Shown piece by piece: positions 42,428 through 58,689 of a DNA stretch of 64,000 nucleotides. Position 1 is the stretch's first letter. Each line of letters starts with the position of its first letter. Source of the DNA: Eledone cirrhosa. Lineage: Eukaryota. Location of the stretch: contig OZ024752.1 in NCBI GenBank assembly GCA_964016885.1, forward strand, positions 992,001 to 1,056,000. Direction: 5' to 3'. Made by a program: the position numbers and the translations under genes. A model generated the notes under the pieces. The model worked only from the letters and a program-made list of their open reading frames with translations. It searched no databases and had not been told where the DNA came from.

Positions 42428-42729
42428 CGAAACACTCGCATTAATGCGCATGAACTATGAGTAGTAGTTAACCAGTTAACTGTCTCAAATATAAAACAAC
42501 TGTAATTAGAAACCACTTAAATTCATCACCACAGATCACAACAGCTGAACTGTTTCAGCCATAATACAAGGACATCGTACAGACGTATGTCTTTCGAATA
42601 ATAACAGATATAATGGCTGGCAAACCACAGCAAATCTTACGATAAGTTCCTTAACCGACGACGACGAGGGAGCCAACGATAGGCACATTTCTTATATCCC
42701 TTTAAATAACCCTTTAATTATGCAAGCAT

Positions 42730-43055
42730 AGTCCTGTAACTCCTACGGCTGTCGTAGGGACACTGTTTTGACATACGATGCTTCTAGGACATTTTAAAAA
42801 CAGGTGGAGTACAATTCTTTTCAGGTCTGAATACAGCAGATTTCTTTCAGAGAAGGATAGAGAGAATGAGATAATGGAAGTGAGAAAGACATAAATTAAG
42901 ACACAACCCGAGTACTTGATTGGTACATTTTTATCGACTTCGAATGGTTGAAGGGTAATGTTGATCTCGGCGGGATTTGTACACAGAGTATAGAGAACCG
43001 GAATACCGTAAAACATGCTATCCGACGTTCTAACTAATGTGCCAATTCACCGCCT
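42730..43055 (-). mobile_element. SINE variant with alternative 3' tail
   Basis: TGGTACATTTTTATCGAC...CTCGGCGGGATTTG plus shared tail. Confidence 0.65.
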
Positions 43056-43882
43056 TCTTTGTATTATATCTAATATTAAATACATTCATTACACATTTCT
43101 CTCGTATTACATTCAAACACGTCTATAATTATCATTTTAGGTAGATATTGCAATCTGTAATTTGTAAAGCTAGGATTTGATGTCGTATAATAGTGTAGCA
43201 TTACTGGAAAAAAAAGACGGTCAGGGATTGGATACTTTTTACAAGAGATCCGCTTTAGATGAGCCGATTTACAGCTAAGCAACAACATGAGCAAGATTTC
43301 AAAATTCGATGATTTCTGATATAAAAACGTGCTATTGTAAGGAGAGAAATTTATTGATTACAAGCATCATAAAAATATCTATTTTAGAAAGTTAATAGAT
43401 CACATATTTTTCCCTGCGGAGTTTGGAGAATCGACTGAGAAATTTGTTAAATATGTTAAAATTTATTTCTAATTTTGCATACAGTGTGCTTGCCTTCTTT
43501 CGCAACAAAGTTGCCGATTCTCAGAGAATTAGAAAAATTGCACGAGAGTGAAATTTATTTTACTGATAATAATCCGTTTCATGACATATCATAGAGATGT
43601 CAAAAATTATAAAAGTTTTTCTTCTATTTCAATTTCCATTTATAGGCTATCACGAACATAACATATCACTTTAAGTAAAATTGATTTAGATATTTTTTCT
43701 TACAGCTTGTTTATTTTCGAAAGTTATTTAGATTAAAATAGTATAAATTATAACTTGTAGTAACAATATTTGTTACAGCTGCCATAACAGATAGAAACAG
43801 TGATAGCAAAAAATAATAACACTATTGCTGCTACTACTACTCCTACTACAGATGCTGCCACTGCTGCTGGCGATAATGATAA

Positions 43883-44100
43883 TTGGTTTTAACATTGGCA
43901 CAAAGTCAGCAACTTGTAGGACTGAGAAATATCTCTTAAATCGACCCCAGTCCTACAACAGCATTTTATTTTATCCACCCTAGATAAATGAAAGAAAAGT
44001 TGACCTTAGCGGCATTTGAACACATGATCTAAACGTTCAGAAGTAATACCAGAAAGAATTCTTCCGATGCAATAAAATGTCTGCCAATACCCCACCCTTT
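43883..44100 (-). mobile_element. Diverged Deu/Nin SINE
   Basis: ATCGACCCCAG...ATGAAAGAAAAGTTGACC..GCGGCATTTGAAC. Confidence 0.65.
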
Positions 44101-44252
44101 GATGATGATAATAATGATGATGATGATAGCAGCTTTTTAAAATTGACACAAAGATATCTGGCTGAGTATATATGCGGAGAGACATATCAAAATTGCACAA
44201 AACGAGGAAAAACATACATTATACAATATACATATGATTACAAAAAGCTAGG

Positions 44253-44418
44253 ATGCACAGGCACGCCTGTGTGGTTTAGGACTTCACTTCGACACCATGG
44301 TTCTAGGTTCAGTCCCGCTGCTCTGCATTTCGGGGGCAAGCATTTTCTTCAATAGCCTAGGATTGACCTTATTGCCTAGAGGATGGAATTTGGTAGATGG
44401 AAACTGCGGATGGCCGTC

Positions 44419-44420
<2 letters not shown>
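44253..44420 (+). mobile_element. CORE-type octopus OR-like SINE
   Basis: GCCTGTGTGG head, GGTTCAGTCCC B box, GGGCAAG CORE-like block, GAATTTGGTAGATGGAAACTG...CCGTCGTATATA tail. Confidence 0.75.
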
Positions 44421-44466
<46 letters not shown>

Positions 44467-44558
44467 CTTTTCAATAATGCCACTTGGACGAATCAAAGAA
44501 GAAAAAAAAGACAAAAACAGATCCATAAACATATTTTCCGTGCTATTTCCAATTTCAG

Positions 44559-44642
<84 letters not shown>

Positions 44643-44645
<3 letters not shown>

Positions 44646-44741
44646 CGAAGGAAGTGTGGTAAGGAACCAGGTGGACCATAAACAATCCAGAAATAACCGT
44701 TGAAACGGCTTGAGCTCTGCCGTCGGGTTCTTGAACATTTT

Positions 44742-44745
<4 letters not shown>
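44643..44745. mobile_element. pLTR-like fragment of HHR family E with inverted tail
   Basis: 44643-44681 is the reverse complement of ~53188-53227; 44687-44745 matches the 53090-53147 HHR 3' half (GAAACGGC..GCCGTC-GGG). Confidence 0.7.
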
Positions 44746-44791
<46 letters not shown>

Positions 44792-45686
44792 ATGAGTGTG
44801 TGGTGTGTTTTATGTGTGGGTTTATGCACGTCTGTATATGTGTAAAAATATTTAATCCCCAGCAAAATGCAGCTTTGATGTTATTTTAGAAATATTAGCT
44901 GTTTCTACTTTTGGCACAAGACAATCTATATGATGGAATGGGGATGGTGGAAAAGCTGATTAAATCGACACTAGTGTATTACTGATACTTATTTTACTGA
45001 CCCCGTGTATGTAATTCCCATATTTTCACTCAATAATTACACATTCAGAAGTTTAAAATTAGAACCAATATGGAGCCGTAATAGTGTATTATATTTTCTT
45101 TAGAATATTAAAGGTTAAAAAATACATTTAGAAAAATTCTAAAGAAATACCAAGAGTAATTTGGAATGTATAATGTTGTATTGCCGAAACAGGAATGTTT
45201 GGCCCATGGCATTTTGAGAAAAACAGTTAATGTTATATAGACATAAAAAATAACAAATGTTAATATTAATATTCCGACGCAGACTACCACCAGTTTTCTC
45301 GTTCTCTGGTTTTTATGTTATAAAAAAACCGTACACTGTCGTGGAATGTCAATTGGATAATTGATGTACATTTCGATAGAATATAATTCCAAATTACAGT
45401 GCTGTCAAACGTAAATTAGTGATATGTGCTGAAACATTGATTGAATTGAAAGAAAAGGTGACCCAACATGAGATTAGAAATCAACAAAACTAGACAACTG
45501 TAAAGTTGTGCCGGATTACTGTGTGCTGAAATCACGCAAAAATCGGTTCAAATACGTAGCCACGTTTTGTTTTATTATGTTAGAGGTGAACTAGAGGATT
45601 TAAGGAAGGAGAAAATCTATTAAAGTGTAGTTCGTAAAGGATAAATTTAAGACGCACCAGTTGCGGTTGACAGGATGCGTTTGATT

Positions 45687-45970
<284 letters not shown>

Positions 45971-47134
45971 TAATGAAAGCCATCAATCTTTCGAAGATTT
46001 AATAAAACTCTGTGATTTATTTAGCCATTTCGAATAGTTTCAGTGAGATTGAAAATAGAAAAATAATTACTAATTTCTGTAACTAGTTAAAAAGAGATTC
46101 TCTTTGGTTTTGCACAACTTCATTTTCTGTATCAACATTTTATATTTAAATACATGTAATTATTATATATCTTTTTGGTTATTGGCGTCGTTATTGATTT
46201 CACGGAAAGACGTTGCTTTAATTTCAAATCAGACGAAATCAAGCAGATCTAAGGTTGTATGTAGTCAGTCGAAAGAAAATATGCTTCACACAGATTTATG
46301 TTTTTAAATATTAGATTACTCTGATACGCTGTGATTGGATGCAGTGTCAAGTAAGGCCAAGCTGCCTTTTTCCAACTGGAAATTTTTCTGTTACATGCTA
46401 CTTGTAGTTGTTTTATGTGAGGTGAGCCCTCATCGAGCAGACCTCAGGCATCAATGCCATTCCAATGCCGATCTAGTTTTACATAAGACTGCGTAATCTA
46501 ATGATTAATCTCTTTTTAATACATTATTCTGTGTCCAATTCTATCACTGTTATCGAGCGATCATGTTGAAGCATCCATCATTGGTATGCTTTCAGAGCCG
46601 AGACATACTTCAGTTTTGTATAGCTGCTCATCGTCTAAATGAATCTCAAATGTGAGCAATGATAGAGTACTGCTTATAAAATTAGGACGGTATTTCTTCA
46701 ACTCATGGAAACATTCTATTCTAGACTGCACACAAAATCAATGCTTTCTAACTGCTTAGAAAATATATTACAGCAAACTATAATTATCACACATATGACG
46801 GTCGTTTGGATTTTGTTTATCAGAACGTTCGCGTTAACTGTGGGATAATAAATCGAGTACTTTCCGACCCCCAACAGACTAAATGTACCATCTTAACATC
46901 TCCCGTCTTTCCTACATTACATCCTTAAGAAAACCTTGATGAATGAGTTTATCATATCATTCCAAATCAGAACTGCTATGACCACGGATGAGGTGGACAT
47001 CGATGGTACCCGTCTCTACGGTACATATCAATAGAAAAAAGGACCTTATGAGTGTGCATTAAATATCAACCAGATCTCCTTCATCTAAAATATTTAAAAA
47101 GGGATAACTACACAGCACATCTAGAACTATATTA

Positions 47135-47367
47135 TCTTAGGCCTGAAAGTATTCATGCAGCTGCTATCTTCTTGTGTGCACGCCTTTTTGATAGATTCCA
47201 TAGGCAAACCAACCGACAGGAGTCCCGAGAGTCGACCCCAAACAAGATGGTTGATAAAATCTATGAGCTCGGCTAGACGGTTGCTTCTGACAGGACCCAC
47301 TGGAAGGCATGCTTGAGGACTCTGGCCCCATGCCCGTCCCAGGAATAAATGGATGCAGCAGAAGAAA
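47135..47367 (+). mobile_element. RTE-type LINE 3' end
   Basis: AAACCAACCGACAGGAG...AGATGGTTGATAAAATC..GAGCTCGGCT...CAGGACCC...CAGGAATAA, homologous to 15540-15735. Confidence 0.7.
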
Positions 47368-48196
47368 AGTGCACCTTTTGTGATTTTCTAATTTAATTGA
47401 GATGGATAGTAGTTTTAAATGGGATACATTTAGGGTCTGCGTTGTAATTTGGCAACACCTGAAGGAATGGCTATAACTGCAACAATAAACTGTTACACTC
47501 GCAGGTTCTTCCGAATATGTTTGTCTTCTTGTCTAAATGTGTGGTTTGATGAGAAATGCAATGCTTTCTGATTTTGTGATTTGTTGTAGGGAGATCCAAG
47601 ACTCCAAATGAAATAGTACAGGATGGCTGTGATATATTGTGTTTACAACAAAGTGATTGTTCTTTGAATTGATGTAAATCAGTGTCTGTGAATATATTTG
47701 GTAGTCATATGCCTTCTTTAATATACCTACAATGTGCCATGTAAATCGAATATGTAACTGCAACTATTTTCGTCTTCTGAGTGTGTATCATGGATATCTA
47801 TATATCTAAAACAGAGAATGTCTGTCTGTCTGTCTGTCAGCTACCTAAAACTCGAAAACCACCCAACCGATTGTTTTCAAACTTTACACATGTAATACTT
47901 ATGGTCCCGTGAGTGTTTTGAGCAAAGAACATTTCAAATTTCCAATGCCCTAGGGGCCGCATTAGGCGATTTAGCGATCTCTATCTATAATTCTTAGTCT
48001 TTCTTTTTAGATAGATAAATAGATATAACGTTGCACCCTTATAATATCTGTCTGTAAGTCTGGTCTCTGCATTACGACATTATGACGCTGTCTGTGTATG
48101 TGTATGTGTATATATGTATATATAGTGTGTGTATATATATAGTGTGCAACGAATTGCAAAATATTTACATCTGCGTTCACAGATTGATGTTTTTAA

Positions 48197-48243
48197 TTTC
48201 AGAAGATCCGTTAAAGGTGAAAGCAGCGATTCTTTGCTTAAAA
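48197..48243 (+). ncRNA. Hammerhead-like motif, CAGAAGA core (family D)
   Basis: TTT-CAGAAGA-TCC GTTAA AGGT-GAAA-GCA GCGATTCTT TGCT-T-AAA. Confidence 0.5.
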
Positions 48244-48316
48244 TTTAATCTGTTATTTAATATATATATATAGAGAGAGAGATTACAGTAATCAAAGTTC
48301 AGTTTAAGTCATTTAT

Positions 48317-48365
48317 TTGCTTACAATTGTTTCCTCCAAACCGAGGTTTGGATTCTTCGGAGCAA
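48317..48365 (-). ncRNA. Hammerhead in the inverted pLTR (copy of 51604-51652)
   Basis: Exact reverse complement of the 3' pLTR HHR. Confidence 0.7.
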
Positions 48366-48473
48366 CTATTTACTGATCTATAACATACTTGACCTCCTTT
48401 TCAACCCAAGAGACACATAAAACATATGCGCATATTGATCAACAGTGGGTGACATTCATCAAATGATATAGCA

Positions 48474-50073
48474 ATAATCACCTTTGAGGACCAATTATGG
48501 ACCCGCAAAGATACGCAAAACAACTTCGACATTACTATGGGGTCTAGTGACTCGGCGCAGGTCACTGATTTGGTTGGCCTATACTTACTTAACCTAATCC
48601 ACAGGGAACTTCCGTACCTCAGCGGTGGCTTGTATCGCGACGATGCACTTCTACTTATAGACTATAACAAATTCAATATAGAAAGGACTAGAAAACTATT
48701 GCACAAAACATTCAAAAACTTTAACCTTAGTATTACCATGGACAAAAACACAAAAAACGTCAACTTCCTAGACGCCACACTCTACTTAGACTCAATGATA
48801 TATGCACCTTTCCACAAACCTAATGAAAAACTCATCTACGTAGATACCAAGTCTAACCACCCTAAATCTATATTGAACTCTATCTCTAAGGGAGTATCTA
48901 ATAGAATCTCTAATCTATCCTATGACATAAACACATTTAACAATAACTCGCAGTATTATAATCAGGCATTAGCTAGATCAGGCCATAATACAGGGATGGA
49001 GTTCCTACCTACAAAAACACATAGCTACAACATCATTTCACACAACATGTCCATGGGAAAATTTAATAATAGGAATAGCAACTGCACACACACTAATAGG
49101 GATTGTAACAACAAGAGTAACCCGCACCACAGAAATGACCATAGGAACATTAAAGGAAACAAATCACCAGACATAAAAACAGAAATAGAAGAAGAAATAA
49201 TACATTTTTCAACCCTCCTTTCAATTTAAACGTCTCTACCAACCTTCCTAGGGCTTTCTTCTCACTACTAGATAAACACTTCCCATCCGACCACAGGTAC
49301 CACGGCCTTTTAAACAAAAACACTATTAAGATCTCATACTCTACTACGCCTAACTTAGCATACCACATAGCTAGTACAAATAAAAGAAAAATTAATTCTT
49401 ACCTCCAACAAACTAAATCACAACGGTCGATAAACCTTCAAAATAACATTCAAAATAACAGTCATAGTAACATTATAACAAATAACCGTAATATCAATGG
49501 AAATAATAGTAATAGCACTAGTGTAAACATTAACGCTGCGTACCACAACCCGCATAACCATAACCCTATAGCTAACATCCAAACTTCTACACAGCATAGT
49601 AACCGGCAGACTAGCACCCAGAGTAATTGTAACTGTAGATCAAGTAGAACCTGCTCTTTAGATAAAAAATGCTTAACCAAGGATATCATATACTCATGTA
49701 CAGTCACAACTAACAGCTCTTCTGAAACCTACATAGGCTCCACTTCTAACTGCTTCAAAACTAGATACAATTCGCACCTCAACTCTTTCAAAAAACACAG
49801 TCTAGCCAACTCCACTTCACTATCTAGCTACATACACTATCTAGCTACATACACTATCTAAAAACTAAAAATAAAATATATACACTTAAATGGGAAGTGG
49901 TAGGTAGTGCAACATCGTACAAACCACCAGATAAATTTTGTAACCTCTGTCTACTAGAGACCCATACTATCATCTTCTCTAAACATAATCTCCTTAATAA
50001 AAAATCAGAAGTGTTCGCAAATTGTCAACACCGCTTCCGACACTCGTTCCAAAACTTTAAACCCTATATATAA
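48474..50073 (+). pseudogene. PLE RT + CxCx5Cx5C + GIY-YIG, disrupted
   Basis: [29 protein letters not shown]; frameshift ~49170; CNCRSSRTCSLDKKC, IIYSC..YIGST; 17-bp duplication CACTATCTAGCTACATA at 49818-49851; CNLCLLE, LNKKSE, CQH; stop 50071-50073. Confidence 0.88.
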
Positions 50074-51603
50074 TAATGTCAGACTGGAACCGGCACCACC
50101 CCTAGCAATTAACATCAGTAGCACACCTTACACCTCACATCCACACCCATCTCTATACTCTAAAGATAATACTGACAGCATTTTAGTACCACCTACCCTG
50201 GGAATACCCCCTTGTACCTCTAATACTGATATCTCGACCGTGGACTACTTATTCTGCATTGCACAAATATAAGATTAGTATAAATTGGGGACACGGTACT
50301 GGTTGCGATAGCATAGTCCTGTGCATGGATTACCACCAAGAGATAGATTGATGATTAGATAGATAATCGTATTGTTCTGTGAATATATACTGTAAGCGAT
50401 CAGTTCAATGAATTATGCACGTAATCATCTTGATGTGAACTCCTTTAGTACCTATTAATAGACTCCACTCTAGCTTGTAGATGTGATACATAATTGATTT
50501 ATATTTGAGACGGGGGTTGTCTATTGCTTGATGGCCAGACTAGTGCATTTATATGAGAGATTGGATCTCCGGACCATACCGAAGATTTACTGGAGATGCA
50601 GGCATGCAATGACCCGGAGCCTACCGGGTGGCATATATAATAGTGGGACCATACCAGGTCCTACTGTTATATTACATTTGCATGGAGCAGTGACTTGAGA
50701 GTCTGACTCCTCTTATAGAACGTTCAGATATGACACCCCTTAATTAATGGATGGTAATCATCCTAATATATACACCCTTGTACTTCTTAATGGACAACTC
50801 TCTAACCTATAAATGGGTAACATACTCTAGATATTAGTTATAACTTCACATGATAGGTACGTATTTGAATCACCATTAATGTAGTTTAGGATAGTAATGT
50901 AACTAAGATAACTAGCTAGTTACCTCCCCTTACGCATTATTTCCCCTTAGTCATTCAGGCACTTCCGGAATCTGGACAGCATGATATATTAATTAAGAAC
51001 CGACTGGATACGGTTTATAGCTTGACTATATGCTGAACCACCGCGAATTATACGATAGACGCGTGTCCTCTATATATATTGCGTCTCATGGATTGTGTGA
51101 GTGGTGGTGTGAGCAAGGACAGTGGTACGGCCTTGCCTATGATACAATAAGGTTTATAGTATGTTGAAAGTTTTTGATATTTTGGTGTTTCCCCACATCC
51201 GAGACTGTATGTCATACAGATGTATGAGAATAAATGACTTAATAATTCAGCCTACATAACAAGATCAATTGCCTGCTTCAACTGCCTGACCCTGCAAATA
51301 TCATTCTGACGCACTCTAACCATGTATAAATTAGACACGCGTGCATGCTACACGGGAGATTGTTTCATACACTGACTACTCTAAGCTTTCCTCTTGCTTT
51401 ATCGTCATAGACTGCCAACGCTTCATGTTTATCTTTATTTTCACTCTTGTTTTTATTTTATTTTTATCCTGTAACCTTTATATGTAAATTGCCATGCTAT
51501 ATCATTTGATGAATGTCACCCCACTGTTGATCAATATGCGCATATGGTTTATGTGTCTCTTGGGTTGAAAAGGAGGTCAAGTATGTTATAGATCAGTAAA
51601 TAG

Positions 51604-51652
51604 TTGCTCCGAAGAATCCAAACCTCGGTTTGGAGGAAACAATTGTAAGCAA
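51604..51652 (+). ncRNA. Minimal type I hammerhead in PLE pLTR, CCGAAGA (U4C) core
   Basis: TTGCT-CCGAAGA-ATCCAAAC CTCG GTTTGGAG-GAAAC-AATT-GTA-AGCAA; 5-bp stem I, palindromic loop III; predicted cut after 51647. Confidence 0.75.
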
Positions 51653-51855
51653 ATAAATGACTTAAACTGAACTTTGATTACTGTAATCTCTATATAACTG
51701 CTCTGTAAAACAACTGATGTTATTACATTGAGCTATTTATCTTACTGGTAATAGGTTATTAATTAATGACTATCTCTCACTATTTAGGGTTTGTATATAT
51801 AATATATTACCATTAAAGGTTTTATTGCATACATAACCATAAATAGTACCCTTAA

Positions 51856-53935
<2,080 letters not shown>

Positions 53936-55330
53936 TTCGTGTACAGATACTTTTGCATACACAATATCAAAATATAAACAAACGTATTTATTTCACGAGG
54001 CTCGATAAGGATAAATATATATCAAATATATAAGAACCCTAGAGCAAATCCCGAGCAACGCCGGGCCATTCTGCTAGTATTATTTATAATGATGATTGAG
54101 TGCATTTGATTCTCTTTATTAATGGTAAAAATATAGGTCGTATATTTGGTTGGGTAGCAATGTTTAATTTTTTAATCTTAAGTCAAATTTCTAGATCGTT
54201 GAGAGAGAATTGACGTATTTGGGGCAAATATATTAGCAAAGAAGTAAATGTGATACCATTAGCCTATACGTACGTATATAGTCTGTTTTAATAGGTTTAG
54301 ATATAAATTAAAATGCACTGATAAGACAACACGTCGTTGCGGTACAACAGTGAGCAAATTGCAGATTGATAAGTATTTTGTTTTTATCGTAATCGACATA
54401 AACTTCTTATCCATTAGTTTGGAAGAGTGAGTTCCTTTTGTTAATTCGTGTGTTTATATGTGCTGCGATGATAGAAAGGTCGCCTGAAATGATATAGTTT
54501 CATATTTGTGTATGTTGTTTTGGATGCATAAAGAATATAGTTATGACACTACGGTCTCTCTTCAGGTTTTTTGTCCTAGAATATGTTGTGTGCAGTGAAA
54601 CTTTCCCTGACGATGGTATTTAGGTTTGAGTTAAAGGTATTTATCTGGTTTTCTGGTAGGTTTAGATTGTGCTTGTCTTTGTTTAGCTCTATGACATCTA
54701 TGAGTAAGCAGATGTATAACGAAAGGCATGTCACCCATGAACATTCCGTACTTTTGTAATATATTGTATAATACCTTTTCTTAATATATTTGGGTGTGAT
54801 ATGTGGCCAATTTTACTCTTCTGAATAACTAGGGTACGTTTACATTTATTCTTTTATTATACTCAATGTTGTTTTTGTTCAGTATTTTTGCATTTCTAGT
54901 CTGTTGTCGAGTTCAATAAACGTTGTAATGTAGTTAATGTTGTGTATGTACTGTAATCACGATTTAATGGATATTATCAACTTCCCTCATCTATCCTGCT
55001 TGATCGAAGTACAATTGTTGATTGGAAAGCTGCTGTGTGGGATCGATAGTTGATCATTGGTTTCGGAGGCTTTTTGCCTGATTGTGATATAAATGTCTTG
55101 TCTGATGATGAAGTAATTTCATTTTATAAATGTGTTTTACGCTGTTGATGCTATATTGTGGTATATTTAAATTTTGTCATATGATAAAGTGGTTTTCCTA
55201 GTCCACTTTCGGTATTGCTATGAGTTATATAAACGGTGTCTCTGGTGTTTTACATGTTTTACATTCGTGTTGCAGTTGTATGCTGTGTAGAGACATTGTC
55301 ATTATTATTGGTAATATTTTTGGTAATAAA

Positions 55331-55915
55331 GGGCGGTTGATTGACCGTATCGGTAGAGCGTCAGACACCACGCTTTGCAAAACAGAGTTATGGCCCTTTA
55401 CGCTCTGAGTTCAAATCTCGCCGAGGTTAGTTATACCTTTCATCCTTACGGGGTCGATAAAATAAAGCACCAGTAATGCATTGGGATAATTGCTGGCCTT
55501 GTCCCAAAAGTAGAAACAATTATTACTGGTAATATTAGGCCGGTGGATTGGCAATATAAGTAGGGTCTCATACATGCTTTGCGGCATATAGTTACGTCCC
55601 CGTACGTTCTAATATCAAATCCTGCCGAGGTTAGCTTTGCAATTCATCCTTGCGGGTTCGATAAAATAAAACACCAGTAACGTACTGGGCTCGATTTAAT
55701 CAACTTTCAGTAATCCTTATAATTGATAATATTAGTGAGGTGGATTGACAGTATCGGTAGAGCGTCGGACAACATACTTTGCGGCTTATATTAACGTACC
55801 CTTACGTTCTGAGTTCAAATCACGCAGAGGTTTGTTTGGCTTTCATCCTTATGGGGTTTTAAAAATAAAATACCTTAAGGCAATGGGGTCATTTTAATCG
55901 ACTTTCGCCACCCCT
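55331..55915 (+). mobile_element. Three tandem Deu/Nin SINE copies
   Basis: Units start at ~55331, 55538 and 55737, each with TCAAATC..GAGGTT..TTCATCCTT.(C/T)GGG. Confidence 0.85.
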
Positions 55916-57044
55916 TTAAATGCACAGGTCAACCATAGTGTTACAATTAGCAACTGCAGTTCTACTAATATAAAATTTAACAATTTTCATTTTTGTTTAG
56001 TAAGACAAATTTCTACTAAAAAGACATATCAGAAACCATCACATACTTTGTCAGATGGAGATGTTTGGCACGCCGAGCTACGATATCCGCTATTGACACT
56101 AATTTCACCATTTCTTTTCAAGAGAAGGTATCTTTGCTGATTGCATACTAGATTTAGGGACGAGTCGCATTGAAATGGTGTGATTATGACGACACCAGGC
56201 CTTTTGCCCTCCCTTCGGTCCAACTCTACTGGTTTCAGATGTAGCAGAAAATCAGTTGTTTCAAGCGACATCAAATGATATTACTCAGAGCAAAATGGTG
56301 AGGCATTTCATGAGGTGGAGTTCAAAACCATCTACTGCGGGTTCGAAGCTGCATTTCTATGACTACCTCTCGAAATGTTATCAGACGCACTGAGGTATAC
56401 AGGCTCATATAATTTACCAGATAATTGATCTTGCACGATATTTCGGATAACATATAAAGGATGACATTAATATAGGTTTACTCAATGTTATTTGAAATGT
56501 AATTTCAATTATTTCCCATTTTTTTAATAAACTAACAACGCGTCAAAATTCTGTTTATCAATTTCATTTTTTTTACATTGACTTTGCACCGTATTTTCGC
56601 ACATTAAATTTCAATAGGCCCCACCTTATCTTTGGAAATCGTATTACTTGCTTTATCATTTTCCATCTATCTTTAATACGAATATTACTTTTCTTGTGTA
56701 TTGATCCTTTTATAATGTTCGTTTCTATCATTCATATTCCTTAATAATATATTTAAAAATTCAATTGATGTTTTCTGTTTCCTGCTTCAAGATGGAGTAG
56801 TCATTGAAAACTCATGAGAGAAACTTTCTAGTACACATATAAGTATTAAGGATCTAGAAGAAAACATCATAGGCCATGTTTTCCAAACTATAGTTATTAA
56901 TTTCCAAGAAAATTATGTAGTTTCCTTTCCTCATGAAATGTTTTTCTCAGTCTGTCATGCTAGAATTCGACTGAAAGCAGTAAGATATAGTTACACGAGT
57001 TTATAAACATTTATAAAAATATATATGTATAAATCAATCTATAT

Positions 57045-57165
57045 ATCGGGTTCAATCGGGGGTAACCAGGGTAAGTAAGGTACTTAATACATTAGTAGAG
57101 TGTATACAACAAATTTAATATAGAAATGGCTTGTACATGACCAGAACTCTTACATTGGAAAGAAA
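57045..57165 (-). mobile_element. Degraded copy of HHR family A element
   Basis: GGGTT.AATCGG.GGTAACCA..GTAAGTAAGGTACT.AATACAT...TTTAATATAGAA matches 6172-6245. Confidence 0.7.
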
Positions 57166-57170
57166 TAATA

Positions 57171-57210
<40 letters not shown>

Positions 57211-58648
57211 TTATATTGTTATATTTTAGATTGTAAAAACAAAATGGAAATCCCACTGTTATTCTTGTATAAAAAGACAATCCTTTGATTATTATATATT
57301 TTGAATAAATTATAGAATATTATTTAAATTTGTTATATTTCTATCTTTGAATTATATTTTAAATTATAGATTTAATTAAAACCGAACACAAAAATGTCTT
57401 CTACAGCAAATGAAACCTTTTTTTCATTTTCTCGACATAATATTGTGCCGGCTCTGGCGGCAATTAAAATCAAGTACCGGAACAAATCAATTTTCTTTAT
57501 CATTTTGTCATTTTTATTTTTTCATTAAAAAAAAGATGTGAAAATATTATTTTTCCGTAAGAATACACTTTTTTACAAATTTTGCATAAATATAATTTGT
57601 TTTTAAATTATATTTATGTGAATTGTAACTATAAATTATGCAAAAGTGATTTCGGTTATATATTTAGATATATATTCATTTAAAAATATTTTTGACTAAT
57701 GATTTTAGCTAGGTAATAACTCTTAACATTTTCCGAAGTTCATTAATTGATTCTCAGCTTTGATAAGGGGAAATATCAATTAGGAAAGGAAATACCGGAC
57801 AGACTTCCTGTTTCTCAAATGTAGGTTCACAGAGATAGGGTTCAAAGGAAAAATGATGTCACAATATGTCGTCTGTTTGAAATATGAGATTACATATGTC
57901 AGTAGTAATTCCCAACTGATGATGTGTATTCATTCCAAAGGTTCTGATGCAAAACAATTTTCTTCAGTTTAGTTGTAATCTTTTCTAAATTTGATGACGA
58001 AGCATCGAGAAATTTCAAGAAGTAAGCTATCGTTGCATCACTATGTTGTACTTTAGAGTCAGTGATTACAGCGTGACTTTTATTCTCTGATTTAATTTAA
58101 TGTCCGGCGTTATTTATTTGAAAAATTAAAAGCAAAATGAATTAGTAATCAGAAAGTTAGAGCTCAAGAATGAGGTGTCCTCAAAATCTGACACACCCTG
58201 TATGTAGAAATTGCACACATTGATTCAAAGTGGGAAGGCTGTATTGGAATATCTGTTGATAGGCTCCCAGCCACGCTAGTTCATGCCAGTAGAAATTGGC
58301 TATGTTACAATGTGATAACTATCTTGAGAAACAATTCAAAGCGTTTATATTACAAAAGAAGCAAAATAAGATACAAATAATGTGTACAGGTTACACACTA
58401 GAAAAAAAAAATATGCTGTTGGAAGTGTCAGAAGCCACCCGATGTACTACGGCAGGAATATATTTGTACTCAAAGATCACCAGAAAAAGAAATGTCGGCC
58501 TATGAGTTCCAGAAAATGACAATATATGTTCAGAGAAATATACGAGGTAACATAAAAGTGGGCGATAAAAGCAGAAACGACTCCCATAATAATAGGTACC
58601 TCGGGAAAAGTAAAAATACCAGAGACAAATACAGAACGAAACTGTAAT

Positions 58649-58689
58649 AGTGGCTGATGAATAAGCCTTTAGCTTATTCATCAGCCACT
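58649..58689. other. Perfect 18-bp-arm hairpin containing CTGATGA
   Basis: AGTGGCTGATGAATAAGC-CTTTA-GCTTATTCATCAGCCACT. Confidence 0.8.

Larger units (their letters stand above)
48278..51691 (+). mobile_element. Penelope-like element 2 (Naiad-like), 5'-truncated, with inverted pLTR
   Basis: ~196-bp inverted repeat 48278-48473 / 51495-51691 flanking RT-ZnF-GIY-YIG coding sequence and a 1.4-kb 3' region. Confidence 0.9.
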
